Shown: positions 10,744-21,720 of the stretch, in pieces | Layout: every line of letters starts with the position of its first letter | How positions within the stretch are numbered: position 1 is the stretch's first letter | Source: Chiloscyllium plagiosum | Lineage: Eukaryota | Direction of reading: 5' to 3' | Length of the DNA stretch: 32,024 nt | Assembly: GCF_004010195.1 (NCBI RefSeq) | Contig: NC_057718.1 | Location: forward strand, 53,137,518-53,169,541 | Made by a program: the position numbers and the translations under genes | The notes under the pieces: generated by a model | The model's input: the letters and a program-made list of their open reading frames with translations, nothing else | The model's database searches: none | Told to the model about the DNA's origin: nothing

Positions 10744-12985
10744 CTCTTCGGCTTCAATTTCGTTGATACGTTTTTTTTGCGCGTTTAGCTGTGTTTTGGG
10801 CATTTGTCTCATATCAGAAATTCGCCCAATCAGAAATTCCAAAATAGCCTACACGTTTCTAATTCATGTTTCGAGTAAAGATGAGAGCTTGCCACAAGCA
10901 AGAGTTCTGAAATTTTACTCTTGCATATTTTAATATTAGAATAAAATATCACTTATGTGTAATGTTTTAAGGACAATTGTTGGATAAGAGGGAAAACATT
11001 GATGATTTTTAAAAAATAATAAATTTGTTCGAGGTGAGCAAAAAATCAAGAAGGCTAAACTAATCAATGGGGATTTGGAGGTTGTTGTGATTTTTTTTTG
11101 TTACCATGGATTGACAATTCCTAATTGTAATAACATAAGCTAAAAAGATTAATATCCGAAAAAAAGCTCACTTTTTTTTCAACTGACTGACAAGCGATAA
11201 GAAATCAAGCTGTGAATAAATTTAAGAACATGTAACTCTACATTTCCTCTGGCCAATGTATGAATCACAGATATGGGCAGTCAAATGGTGCTGCTGCATT
11301 TGTCCAGATCTATATTAAGTAGCAATGCTGAATGTAAAATAAAATGTCGATGCTAGAAATGGCATTGCTGTCTTGAGAGTGTTGATAAGCATTGTGACAA
11401 TGCAGTATTTTGAGCATGTATTGAGAATAAAAGAATGGAGAAACAATTCCAGTTTCTCTCCTCAACAGGTCAACAAGGAAATGAAGGAAATGATGGACAG
11501 TTGTGATCAAATTTGGTTGCAAGGTACTGAGCATGAGATAGACTGGATTGCATCTGTACCTGTGTGTGACCAAATGTGAAGGAGAATATTATGAGTGTGA
11601 CATATTTCATAATCCCTTCGGTACTCAAGGATCAAAAATATCTGAGAATATTAATGCAAAATAAAATAACCTCTCCGACCTTTTACGTGGAAATAACTAG
11701 GACAAACCATTTAAAATATAATTAAGCGTCACTAAAATATTGGAACAGATTTAAAAGCAAAAGCTTCCAAAATTGCTATTCAAAGTATGGGATTAGTGCA
11801 AATAATTAATTACACTTTACAATTAATTCAAATTAACATTTTAAATGGTTACATGAGAGCGAGTCAATTTCAGAATGTAAAGGAATATTCTGAGTCAAGC
11901 TGAGCATGTGACTTATCACTTCTGTGCTAATTACAGAGCACTTCATTCTCTTTGTGTGTGAATTGCCCAAGACCATCTTCTGCTTAAGGATCATTTAAAA
12001 CTGTAAAATAAGGACTGAAATTAATGCCCAGAAGAGCTGGAATGAAGTTTAGCTGGGTTCAATAGCTTTTGTGCAATTAAAGATCATGAACACTTGTACC
12101 CTCTCAAACATTACATAACTATTAGAAATTCTACGTATTCATACATATATCTATTTGAGTCAGTCATTGCTGGTTGGAGAAATGGATATAACTTTTTCTG
12201 GTGCCCTATGTTACCATTCTTATCTTCTACTTCTTATTTTTTTTTTGCTTCTCTTCTTTAACGTTGAGACCAAATTCTCATGAGGTAGCAGTGAGATTTC
12301 TATCAATGGGGATTATCACTTCTTAATACTTTCATTAATACTGAATCTTACCTCTATAATATCCTGTTTTATCATTCCCCATGAGGAAACCCAGATGTAC
12401 ATGAAAGTCAGAGTAGGTAATTGGTGACTCCAAATCACTGCTTCCTCCTCCAGAATACCAACTGCATCCATGTATACTGGCAAATGACACCTGCCAGCCT
12501 CTCAGAATCCTCAAGAAACCTCTCTGATCCACCTGCAGGATGCTTCTGCACTTTAAAGCTGCACTTAGGGTACATCCGCAAATGTCATTCAAACATTGCT
12601 GCCTGGCCACTTTACACACAGGGCCATATACCCAGCTGACAGATTGGACCAGGCTGCAACTCAATGCTTTTATGTTTACTCTTGAGAATTCTCTCACTTA
12701 GTGCTGACCTGCACATTCACAGCATCTCTGCCTTGCCACACTGTACTTTGACTTGCTATGCATTCTCTTTGAGACCATTGGTGACTCATCCAGTGCAAAA
12801 AGCTAACAGTACTGTTGGTTAGTGAGGACTCACAGCCAGGTTATCCATCATGTTTATCAGTAATGAACGGTTCAGGACCTGGATGTCTTAATGTATGGCA
12901 AAATGTTGCATCAACCTCACACCTACAGCATGTGCTAGCTGCCAATGTGGCAAATACACTGCTTAATTGGTCAGATGAGCAGATC

Positions 12986-13394
12986 CTGGCTTTTATTGGT
13001 AGAGGAATTGAGTGCCGGAGTACTGAGGTCATGTTGCAGTTGTATAAGACTCTGGGTATGACGTCTTCATCTTGATAAAGAAAACTTTCTTGAACACATT
13101 TAACAAGTTCCTCACGTATGGAGTCAGCTATTATGAGGGGGCATAGCTTTAAATTAAGGGGTGGTCGGTATAGGACAGATGTTAGGGGTAGATTCTTTAC
13201 TCAGCGTGTCGTGAGTTCATGGAATGCCCTGCCAGTAGCAGTGGTGGACTTCTCCCTATTATGGGCATTTAAGCGGGCATTGGATAGGCATATGGAGGAT
13301 AGTGGGCTAGTGTAGGTTAGGTGGGCTTGGATCGGCGCAACATCGAGGGCCGAAGGGCCTGTACTGCGCTGTATTCTTCTATGTTCTATGTTCT
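12986..13394 (+). mobile_element. Young CR1-type LINE 3' fragment with an internal rearrangement
   Basis: LAFIGRGIECRSTEVMLQLYKTL, then RGHSFKLRGGRYRTDVRGRFFTQRVVSSWNALP; CpGs retained; (ttctatg)n tail; atc at both junctions. Confidence 0.9.
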
Positions 13395-13628
13395 ATCAGT
13401 GTGAGATGGAACTTAACCCTGATAAATGTGAGGTGATGCACTTTGGAAGAAGGAAAAGACAAGGAAGTACACAATGAATGGCAGGACACTCGGAAGCTCA
13501 GAGGAACAGAGGGATTTTGGAGTGATTATTCACAGGTCCTTAAGTGTAGCTGGATAGGTTAATAGATTGATTAAGAAGCCATACAGGACATGTGCTTTTA
13601 GCAGACAGAGCAGAGATTAAAAGAGCAG

Positions 13629-13719
13629 TGTGAAAAAAAATCTTCTCCGTCATCTTATGTCAACTGATAAACCATGGGCAGCCATTGTATGTCGCCTTCA
13701 GCCCCAGGCAGCCCCAACA
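13629..13719. mobile_element. 91-bp TG..CA insertion with 5-bp TSD
   Basis: agcag at 13624-13628 and 13720-13724; removing the insert restores the CR1 sequence aagagcagagaggttatgttggag. Confidence 0.6.
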
Positions 13720-13890
13720 AGCAGAGAGGTTATGTTGGAGCTAGACAGAACTTTGGTTAGATCATAGCTGCAGTTCTGTTTGCCCCACTATAGGAAGGAT
13801 GTGATTATGGTGGAGGAGGAACAGAGGATATTCACCAGAACATTTTCTGGGATGGGACATTTTAGTTATGACTAGAGATTGGATAAGCTT

Positions 13891-14147
13891 CCCGCCTCAG
13901 GCGACTGACTGTGTGGAGTTTGCACATTCTCCCCGTGTCTGCGTGGGTTTCCTCCGGGTGCTCCGGTTTCCTCCCACAGACCAAAGATGTGCAGGTCAAG
14001 TGAATTGGCCATGCTAAATTGCCCGTAGTGTTTGGTAAGGGGTAGATGTAGGGGTATGGGTGGGTTGCGCTTCGGCGGGGCAGTGTGGACTTGTTGGGCC
14101 GAAGGGCCTGTTTCCACACTGTAAGTAATCTAATCTAATCAAAAAAA
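13891..14147 (+). mobile_element. Young 5'-truncated HE1-type SINE
   Basis: V-domain core, CpG-rich, (taatc)n plus A tail; aagctt TSD at 13885-13890 and 14148-14153. Confidence 0.9.
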
Positions 14148-15907
14148 AAGCTTGTGATGTGAAAATAGAGTAGATGGAATCCATTGGCATGTACTACTAA
14201 GTAAAACTCTAAACACACATACACACACATAGATAACTAAGAAAATTACCTGTCTGAGCTAAATAAGGTAGTTTAATGTGAATTAGTTTAATGCTCTTTG
14301 TTTCCCAGTTCTGCAATTCAATGCTTTTTCTTTGACTGGCTAGACCCTTTACTATTCAAATCTTTGTTCCTGGATGTTTTGGAAGAGTTTTATAAGAAGT
14401 ACAGAGCAATTGATTCACTTTGGAAATGTCTCTGATTTATTCATTCAAAAGTCACAGCTCACAACAATCTCTGCAAGGAAGGTAATAGGTGTCTTCATGA
14501 TTAAATGAATTTGTTTTGTAGAGAACAGGGCTGGGAGAACATTGCTGCACATTTCTTTTCCTCCCTCTCTATCTCTGTGATTCTGTGGTGTCATAGAGTC
14601 TACAGCATGGAAACAAACCCTTCGTCTGTGCTGGCCAGGTTTCTTAAACTAAACTAATCCCACTTGCCTGCTTTTGGCACATATCCCTCTAAATCTTTAT
14701 TCTTCATGTACCTGTCCAAATGTCCTCTAAATGTTGTAACTGTACCTGGTTCTACCACTTCCTCTTGTTAATTTCTTGTATGCACCACCCTCTGTGTGAA
14801 AAGTTTGCCCCTCAGGCACTTTTCAAATCTTGCCGTCTCACTTAAACCTAAGCCCTTTAGTTTTGAACTGCTTTATCCTAGGGAAAAGACCTTGCCTGTT
14901 CACCTTAACTATGCCCCTCATGAGTTATGAAACTCTATAATGTCACTCCTCAACCTCATACAGGTTGAAATTCCCAANCCCCACCTATCCCCCCCCGCAT
15001 CCATCCAGCCACTCCCACCCCGGTAATGTGTTTATAAATCTTTTCTGCACCCTTTCCAATTTAATAACATCCTTTCTACAGCAGGGTGACCAGAACAGGA
15101 CACAATACTCCAAAAGCAGCCTCACCAATGTCCTGCACAACTGCATAATGACTTTCTATCTCCGATACTCAATACTCTGACCAATGAAGCCAAGCATTCC
15201 AAATGCCTTATTTTCCATCCTGTATACCTATGATGCTGCTTTAAAGGAATTGTGTACCTGAGCCGTAGTTCTCTCTGTTTGACAATGTTCCCCAGGGCCT
15301 CACCATTAACTGTATAAGTCTTATCCTGGTTTATCTTAACAAAGTGTATCACTTCCCATTTATTTAAAGTAAGCTCCATCTGCCACTCCTCAGCCATTGG
15401 CCTAGCTGATCAAGATTCTGTTACATGCTTAGATAACCTTCTTCACTGTTCAATATACTACCAATTTTGGTGTCATCTGCAAAGAGTCAGACTCAGCCAA
15501 ATTGTTTATATAAATGACAAACAACAGTGGACCCAGCACTGATCCTTGCAGAACACCGATGGTCACAGGCCTCCAGTCTGAAAGACAGCCCTCTACCACC
15601 GCCCTCTGTCTCCTAACATCAAGCTAATTTTGTATCCAATTGGCTAGTTTTTCCTGGATTCCATGTGATCTAACCTTACTAACCAATCGACCTTGTGGAA
15701 GGCATTACTCAATTCCATGCAGACAATATCTACCTCTCGATCCTCATCTAACCTTTTGGTCATATCCTCAAAAACCTCAATCAAACTTGTGAGACATGAT
15801 TGCTCACTCACAAAGATGTGTTGACTATCCCTAACCAGTCGTTGCCTCTCCAAAAGTATGCAAATCCAATCTCTCAGAATCCCCTCCAACAACCTACCAC
15901 TACTGAT

Positions 15908-17830
15908 CAATGAGTTCGACACGCTGCTAGACATCAAGCATTTCTTCCGCCGCTTTCACCTCCGCGCCTACTTCTTCAACAAGGGCTCTTGCCCACCCTC
16001 TGACGACCCCTTCTCCCGCCTCCAACACACCCCATCCACCTGGACACTCTGTGCTGGCCTCTTACCTGCCCTTGATCTCTTCATAGCCAATTCCCGCCGC
16101 GACATTGACCACCTCAAACTGTCCACCCCTCTCACCCACTCCAACCTCTCACCTTCACAACGTGCAGCCCTCCACTCCCTCCGCTCCAACCCTAACCTCA
16201 CTATCAAACTGGCAGACAAGGGAGGTGCAGTGGTAGTTTGGCACACTGATCTTTACACTGCTGAAGCTAGACGCCAGCTCGCGGACACCTCCTCCTACTG
16301 CCCCCTTGACCATGATCCCACCTCCCACCACCAACCCATCATCTCCCAGACCATCCATAACCTAATCACCTCAGGAGATCACCCATCCACCGCCTTCAAC
16401 CTCATAGTCCCACAACCCCGCACCACCCATTTCTACCTCCTACTCAAAATCCACAAACCCGACTGCCCCGGCCGACCCATTGTCTCAGCCTGCTCCTGCC
16501 CCACTGAACTCATCTCTACATACCTCGACACGGTCCTGTCCCCCTTAGACCAAGAACTCCCCACCTACGTTCGGGACACCACCCACGCCCTCCACCTCCT
16601 AACTGGTCCTCACCCTGAACAACTTCTCTTTCCAATCCTCCTACTTCCTCCAAACCAAAGGAGTAGCCATGGGCACCCGCATGGGCCCCAGCTATGCCTG
16701 CCTCTTCGTCGGATATGTGGAACAGTCCATCTTCCGCAACTACACTGGCACCACCCCCCACCTTTTCCTCCGCTACATCGATGATTGTATTGGTGCTACC
16801 TTGTGCTCCCACGGGGAGGTTGAACAGTTCATCCACTTTACTAACACCTTCCACCCTGACCTCAAATTTACCTGGACCATCTCAGCCTCCTCCCTCCCCT
16901 TCCTAGAACTCTCCATTTCTATCTCGGGCGACCGACTCAACACGGACATTTACAACAAACCGACCGATTCCCACAGCTACCTAGATTACACCTCCTCCCA
17001 CCCTGCCCCCTTTAAAAATGCCATCCCATATTCCCAATTCCTTCGTCTCCACCGCATCTGCTCCCGAGGAGGACCAATTCCACTACCGAACAACCCAAAT
17101 GGCCTCCTTCTTCAAAGACCGCAATTTCCCCCAGACGTGATCGACGATGCTCTCCACTGCATCTCCTCCACTTCCCGCACCTCCGCCCTTGAACCCCGCC
17201 CCTCCAATCGCCACCAGGACAGAACCCCACTGGTCCTCACCAACCTCCGGATACATCGTATCATCCTCTGTCATTTCCGCCACCTCCAAACAGACACCAA
17301 GGATATATTTCCATCCCCACCCCTATCAGCGTTACGGAGAGACCACTCCCTCCCTCGTCAGATCCACACCCCCCCACCAACCCAACCTCCACACCCGGCA
17401 CCTTCCCCTGCAACCACAAGAAATGCAAAACTTGCGCCCACACCTGCCCCCTCACTTCCCTCCAAGGCCCCAAGGGATCCTTCCATATCCGTCACAAATT
17501 CACCTGCACCTCCACACACATCATTTACTGTTTTCGTTGCACCCGATATGGTCTCCTCTACATTGGGGAGACAGGCCGCCTACTTGCGGAACATTTCAGG
17601 GAACACCTCTGGAATACCCGCACCAACCAACCCAACCGTCCTGTGGCTGAACACTTTAACTCCCCCTCCCACTCCGCCAAGGAGATGCAGGTCCTTGGCC
17701 TCCTCCATCGCCAGACCATGGCAACACGACGCCTGGAGGAAGAGCGCCTCATCTTCCGCCTAGGTACCCTCCAACCACAAGGGATAAATGTAGATTTCTC
17801 CAGCTTCCTCATTTCCCCTCCCCCCCACCT
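15908..17830 (+). pseudogene. Disrupted PLE RT/GIY-YIG polyprotein
   Basis: Pieces lie in ORFs 15858-16784, 16669-17763 and 17643-17918; several frameshifts and a deletion at ~16600 (HALHLL joined to LVLTLNNFSF). Confidence 0.85.
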
Positions 17831-17914
17831 TATCTTAGTCCCAACCCCCAGATTCAGCACCGTTCTCTTGACCTGCAATCTTCTTCCCAACCTTATGGCA
17901 CACCAACCTCATTC

Positions 17915-17942
17915 CTGAAGAAGGGCTTATGCCCGAAATGTC
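17915..17942 (+). ncRNA. Minimal hammerhead-like core in the PLE tail
   Basis: CTGAAGA-A-GGGC-TTAT-GCCC-GAAA-TGTC (ACGT decayed to ATGT). Confidence 0.55.
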
Positions 17943-18521
17943 GATTCTCCTGCTCCTCGGATGCTGCCTGGCCTGCTGTGTTTTTCCAGCACCACATTTT
18001 TCAACTCTGGTCTCCAGCATCTGCAGTCCTCACTTTTTACTCACTACTGATGTCAAGCTCACCATTCTATGGTACCTGGTTTCTCTTGCAGCCTTTCTTA
18101 TCCAACATTAGCCACTCTCTCGTCTTCTGGCACTTTATCTGTTGGTGCAGATGATACAAATATTTCTGCTAGGGTCCTCACAATTTCTTCCCTAATGCCT
18201 TGATTCCGGCTCCAAGCTGTTCAGCCATCCAAGAACCGATCACACAGTCATTGGCAAGTGAAGGATTTCTGTCATTAATAACGGTCGCTAATCCAAAGAC
18301 CAACCAACGTCTTGTTGCCAATAAGAGCTGTCTCACTACATATCCTCAGCTCTGGGTCATCTCCAATCTGATCTTCAATTACCGCTTGGTCAAATTGTTG
18401 CTCACCATGCTAAATTTCAAAACTGCAAACACACTTTCAAATAGTGCTTTTTAAAACAGTTCTTTCTCATTTCAAACTTCAATATTTAAAAACACAAAAA
18501 TAAAAAGACACGGTCCTTACA

Positions 18522-19005
18522 ATTGCTTCCATTCCATTAATATGTAGGAGATCTGTGACCATCAATTCCAATTCCTGATGGTGTGTGCCCGCTACCCTGG
18601 CAATGGTAGGACTCTTACATCATGAAACACTCACGTGTAGCTGCTGCATTTGAGGGTCCAAATGCCTTACAAAGCTGGTTACTGAGGGACAATGGCTATA
18701 TAATGTGACACTGGCTGATGGTGCCATTGAGCAATCCACTGACTGATGTGGAACACAGATACAAGATTAGACCAGGACCTTGGTGGATCAGATTATGGGG
18801 CTGCTCAAGATCCAATTCTGTTGCTTGGACTAGTCTTTGGGGCTCTCCAATATACTTTGGACAGATTATGCCAGATCAATGTACTGTGCATAGTTGAAAG
18901 AGGTAATGAGGCAATATTCTGGATGGTGAGAACTGGGCAAAGGAGAGCAGTCTTTTGAAGAAGAGGAAGAGAAAATTTAGGAGTAAGTGCAATGATACAA
19001 TCCTT
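18522..19005 (+). pseudogene. Fossil PIF/Harbinger (HARBI1-like DDE) transposase fragment
   Basis: Manual translation: FHSINM*EICDHQ..FLMVCARYPG; WLLRDNGY..*HWLMVPLSNPLTDVEHRY; TRTLVDQIMGLLKIQFCCLD*S.GALQYTLDRLCQI; acidic tail. Confidence 0.85.
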
Positions 19006-19010
19006 TAAAC

Positions 19011-19669
19011 TGGTTATGTTGTCCTTGTTTTTTTCAGAGAGGTTGGAAAAGACGCAAGTTCCTAAAAGTCTGGCTTGGATGGGTTTTAGGGACAACTTGA
19101 TTATAGCTAACAGATACTGCCTCAGCCAAAAGGCTTTCAAGTTTTAAAGAAAAAAGAAAACACTTGTACAATGAAAGGGGAGTGGCCAGTTCTCCCAGCT
19201 TAGTTTTTTTTTCTTTGGTTTGGTTTGCTTTTGGCAGTCTGGCTACTCACTGAATGCAATCAGTCAGTTTGAGGCTGCTGATCCAAGAAACAGCTCCATG
19301 GAAGAGGGTGTTTCATGCTGCCATCTCTCTCTCTCTCTCTCTCTCTCCTTTAAGACCCTGTGTTTGATTTTACCCTTTGTGCCAAGGGGTGTTTGTGGGG
19401 ATTGTTGCAAGTATTTGGAACAGCATCATTAAGTAGGGACGATCTGCTGGGTTTTCGGATTGGTTAAGTTATTCTCTATTCTGTTCTTTTCTGTTAGTGT
19501 TTCATTCAGTAATCTTGTGAATAAATTCTGTTTTGTTTAAAACTAAGTGGTTTGACCAGCTGCATTCCTCCTAGATATCTGCATTACACCTGCTTAAAAC
19601 AATTAGCAACGTTAGGCTCTGAGCTACTTCCAGGAAATATTTTGAGGGGGTCTGTCCTGGTCCATAACA
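19011..19669 (+). mobile_element. Probable solo LTR
   Basis: gttatg (19013-19018) and cataaca (19663-19669) inverted ends, aataaa at ~19520, internal (CT)n; no clean TSD. Confidence 0.6.
19325..19347 (+). repeat. (CT)n microsatellite
   Basis: Directly visible run. Confidence 0.9.
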
Positions 19670-19717
19670 GAAGCTTTCTTTCTGCATGAGAGAAGTTGGT
19701 TGTGTTGGGCACAACAA

Positions 19718-20814
19718 ATCAGACAGGGCTTTGTGTGCGGGAAATCATGTCTCACAAACTTGATTGAGTTTTTTGAAGAAGTAACAAAGAAGATTGATGA
19801 GGGCAGAGCAGTAGATGTGATCTATTTGGACTTCAGTAAGGCGTTCGACAAGGTTCCCCATGGCAGACTAATTAGCAAGCTTAGATCTCATGGAACACAG
19901 AGAGAACTAGCCATTTGGATACAGAACTGGCTCAAAGGTAGAAGACAGAGGGTGGTGGTTCAGGGTTGTTTTTCAGAGTGGAGGCCTGTGACCAGTGGAG
20001 TGCCACAAGGATCGGTGCTGGGTCCTTTAGGAAGGCATGCCAGGAGCAGCACCCGGCACACCTAAAAATAAAAGGTATCAATTTAATGGTAAGGTCCTAG
20101 GGAGTGTTGCTGAACAAAGAGACCTTGGAGTGCTGGTTCACAGCTCCTTGAAAGTGGAGTCACAGGTAGATAGGATAGTGAAGAAGATGTTTGGTATGCT
20201 TGCCTTTGTTGGTCAGAGTATTGAGTACAGGAGTTGGGAGGTCATGTTGCGGCTGTACAGGACATTGGTTAGGCCACTGTTGGAATATTGCGTGCAATTC
20301 CTATCAGAAAGATGTTGTGAAACTTGAAAGGGTTCAGAAAAGATTTACAAGGATGTTGCCAGGGTTGGAGTATTTGAGCTACAGGGAGAGGCTGAACAGG
20401 CTGGGGCTGTTTTCCCTGGAGCATCAGGGACGGAGGGGTGACCTTATAGAGGTTTACAAAATTATGAGGGGCATGGATAGGATAAATAAACAAAGTCTTT
20501 TCCCTGGGGCCGGGGAGTCCAGAACTAGAGGGCATAGGTTTAGGGTGAGAGGGGAAAGATATAAAAGAGACCTCAGGGGCAACGTTTTCACGCAGACGGT
20601 GGTCATGTATGGTATGATCTGACAGAGGAAGTGGTGGAGGCTGGTACAATTGCAACATTTAAAAGGCATTTGGATGGGTATATGAATAAGAAGGGTTTGG
20701 AGGGATATGGACCGGGTGCTGGCTGGTGGGACTAGATTGGGTTGGAATATCTGGTCGGCATGGACAGGTTGGACCGAAGGGTCTGTTTCCATGCTGCACA
20801 TCCCTATGACTCTA
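19718..20814 (+). mobile_element. CR1/HER1-type LINE, RT to 3' tail, with internal deletion
   Basis: KSCLTNLIEFFEEVT...DVIYLDFSKAFDKVPH...[25 protein letters not shown]; ctatgactcta tail. Confidence 0.93.
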
Positions 20815-21254
20815 ACTTGATTAACACCAGCAGACAACAGCAGAGTCCAGCAGACAACCATGGAATTTAAAATGGTCAGTGGCCATCATGCCACTATTTC
20901 ATTTGCATTATGGGACCAAGCTGCAGCTCTATACATTTTATTTGGATTAGCTTTTAATGATCAAAAATGTTAAAAAAAAAAGTCATGTTTGGAATTGGCC
21001 AAATAGTTACCTGTCTGTAAATGGTCTCCCACCGGACAATGAAAGGAATGTGGTCTATCTTGGCATTGGGTCAGAGCAGCAGTGACTTCGAGGGATGGTA
21101 GAATGGGGTGTGGCGAAGGATAATTCAGCTGTAAGTCCTGGTACTTTGACAATGACTGGAGTAAAATAATTAAGTTAAAGTTGCAAAGAGATGTGAGCAA
21201 TAACAGATCTGTGCCATGAGCTTGTAATGCCTGTAATTATTCCTGTTTTCTTCC

Positions 21255-21720
21255 CCCAGCACAATCTGATAGCTTTCTCCAAAGTCAAATATTCATTGGA
21301 CTGTAATAAATCTGACAAAGACTCATCAATGATTCTAATGACAATTTCATCTGTTATAAATTCTGAATTGTAAGCTCTATTTTCATAGTTTGTCATCAAT
21401 AAATTTATGGATGGATTCCACGGGCTACTGTCCTCTTCTGTTAAAATGTGCTCTTTTAAGACCTTTATTTGTCTTCAGAACAAAATAATTTGTGTAAGTT
21501 CATGGAGCATCTGTGCTTTCTTTTATGCTTTCTTATATGTTTTGATGAGCTACAAAATCATCGGTAGAAGTATGTCCTCTTGAACACAACAGTGCATTTA
21601 CTTGTTTGTCTTGTGATTTAATGTGCAGCTTACAAACAGTTCTATAGTGTAAGAGATTTTCTGCAATGTGTTCAATCTTGTGTTCCAGCTGCATCCCCAA
21701 ATGTAAATCATGGGCGGCAT
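21255..21720 (-). pseudogene. Fossil Ty3/Gypsy gag-like region
   Basis: Minus translation HYRTVCKLHIKSQDKQVNALLCSRG...NYFVLKTNKGLKRAHFNRRGQ*PVESIHKFIDD, then FITDEIVIRIIDESLSDLLQSNEYLTLEKAIRLC. Confidence 0.75.

Larger units (their letters stand above)
12965..13890 (+). mobile_element. Old CR1 LINE ORF2 fragment carrying nested insertions
   Basis: MELNPDKCEVMHFGR at 13406-13450 and downstream CR1-like sequence; interrupted at 12986-13394 and 13629-13719. Confidence 0.75.
15908..18041 (+). mobile_element. Penelope-like retroelement (probably Neptune group), 5'-truncated, defective
   Basis: RT motifs ADKGG, KIHK..PGRPIVS, GVAMG..MGP, YIDD (16774-16785); CNHKKCKTC linker (~17409-17435); GIY-YIG IIY...YIGET (17520-17573); TSD cactactgat at 15898-15907 and 18042-18051. 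Confidence 0.93.
14590..18199 (-). mobile_element. CR1/HER1-type LINE (RT to 3' tail), split by a PLE
   Basis: Minus strand has FADD (15483-15472), QSCLTSLIEVFED and AEEWQMELTLNKWEVIHF; the PGxYR.VSLTSVV/GRLLEG motif is split between 18042-18080 and 15880-15907. Confidence 0.9.

Noticed and set aside
11469..11506. Collagen-like GQQGNEGNDGQL frame
   Set aside because: Only four triplets before a TGA stop, and no neighbouring Gly-X-Y exons.
14962..15022. C-rich interruption of the CR1 as a third patched deletion
   Set aside because: It contains an N at 14978 and looks like low-quality sequence at a contig join.
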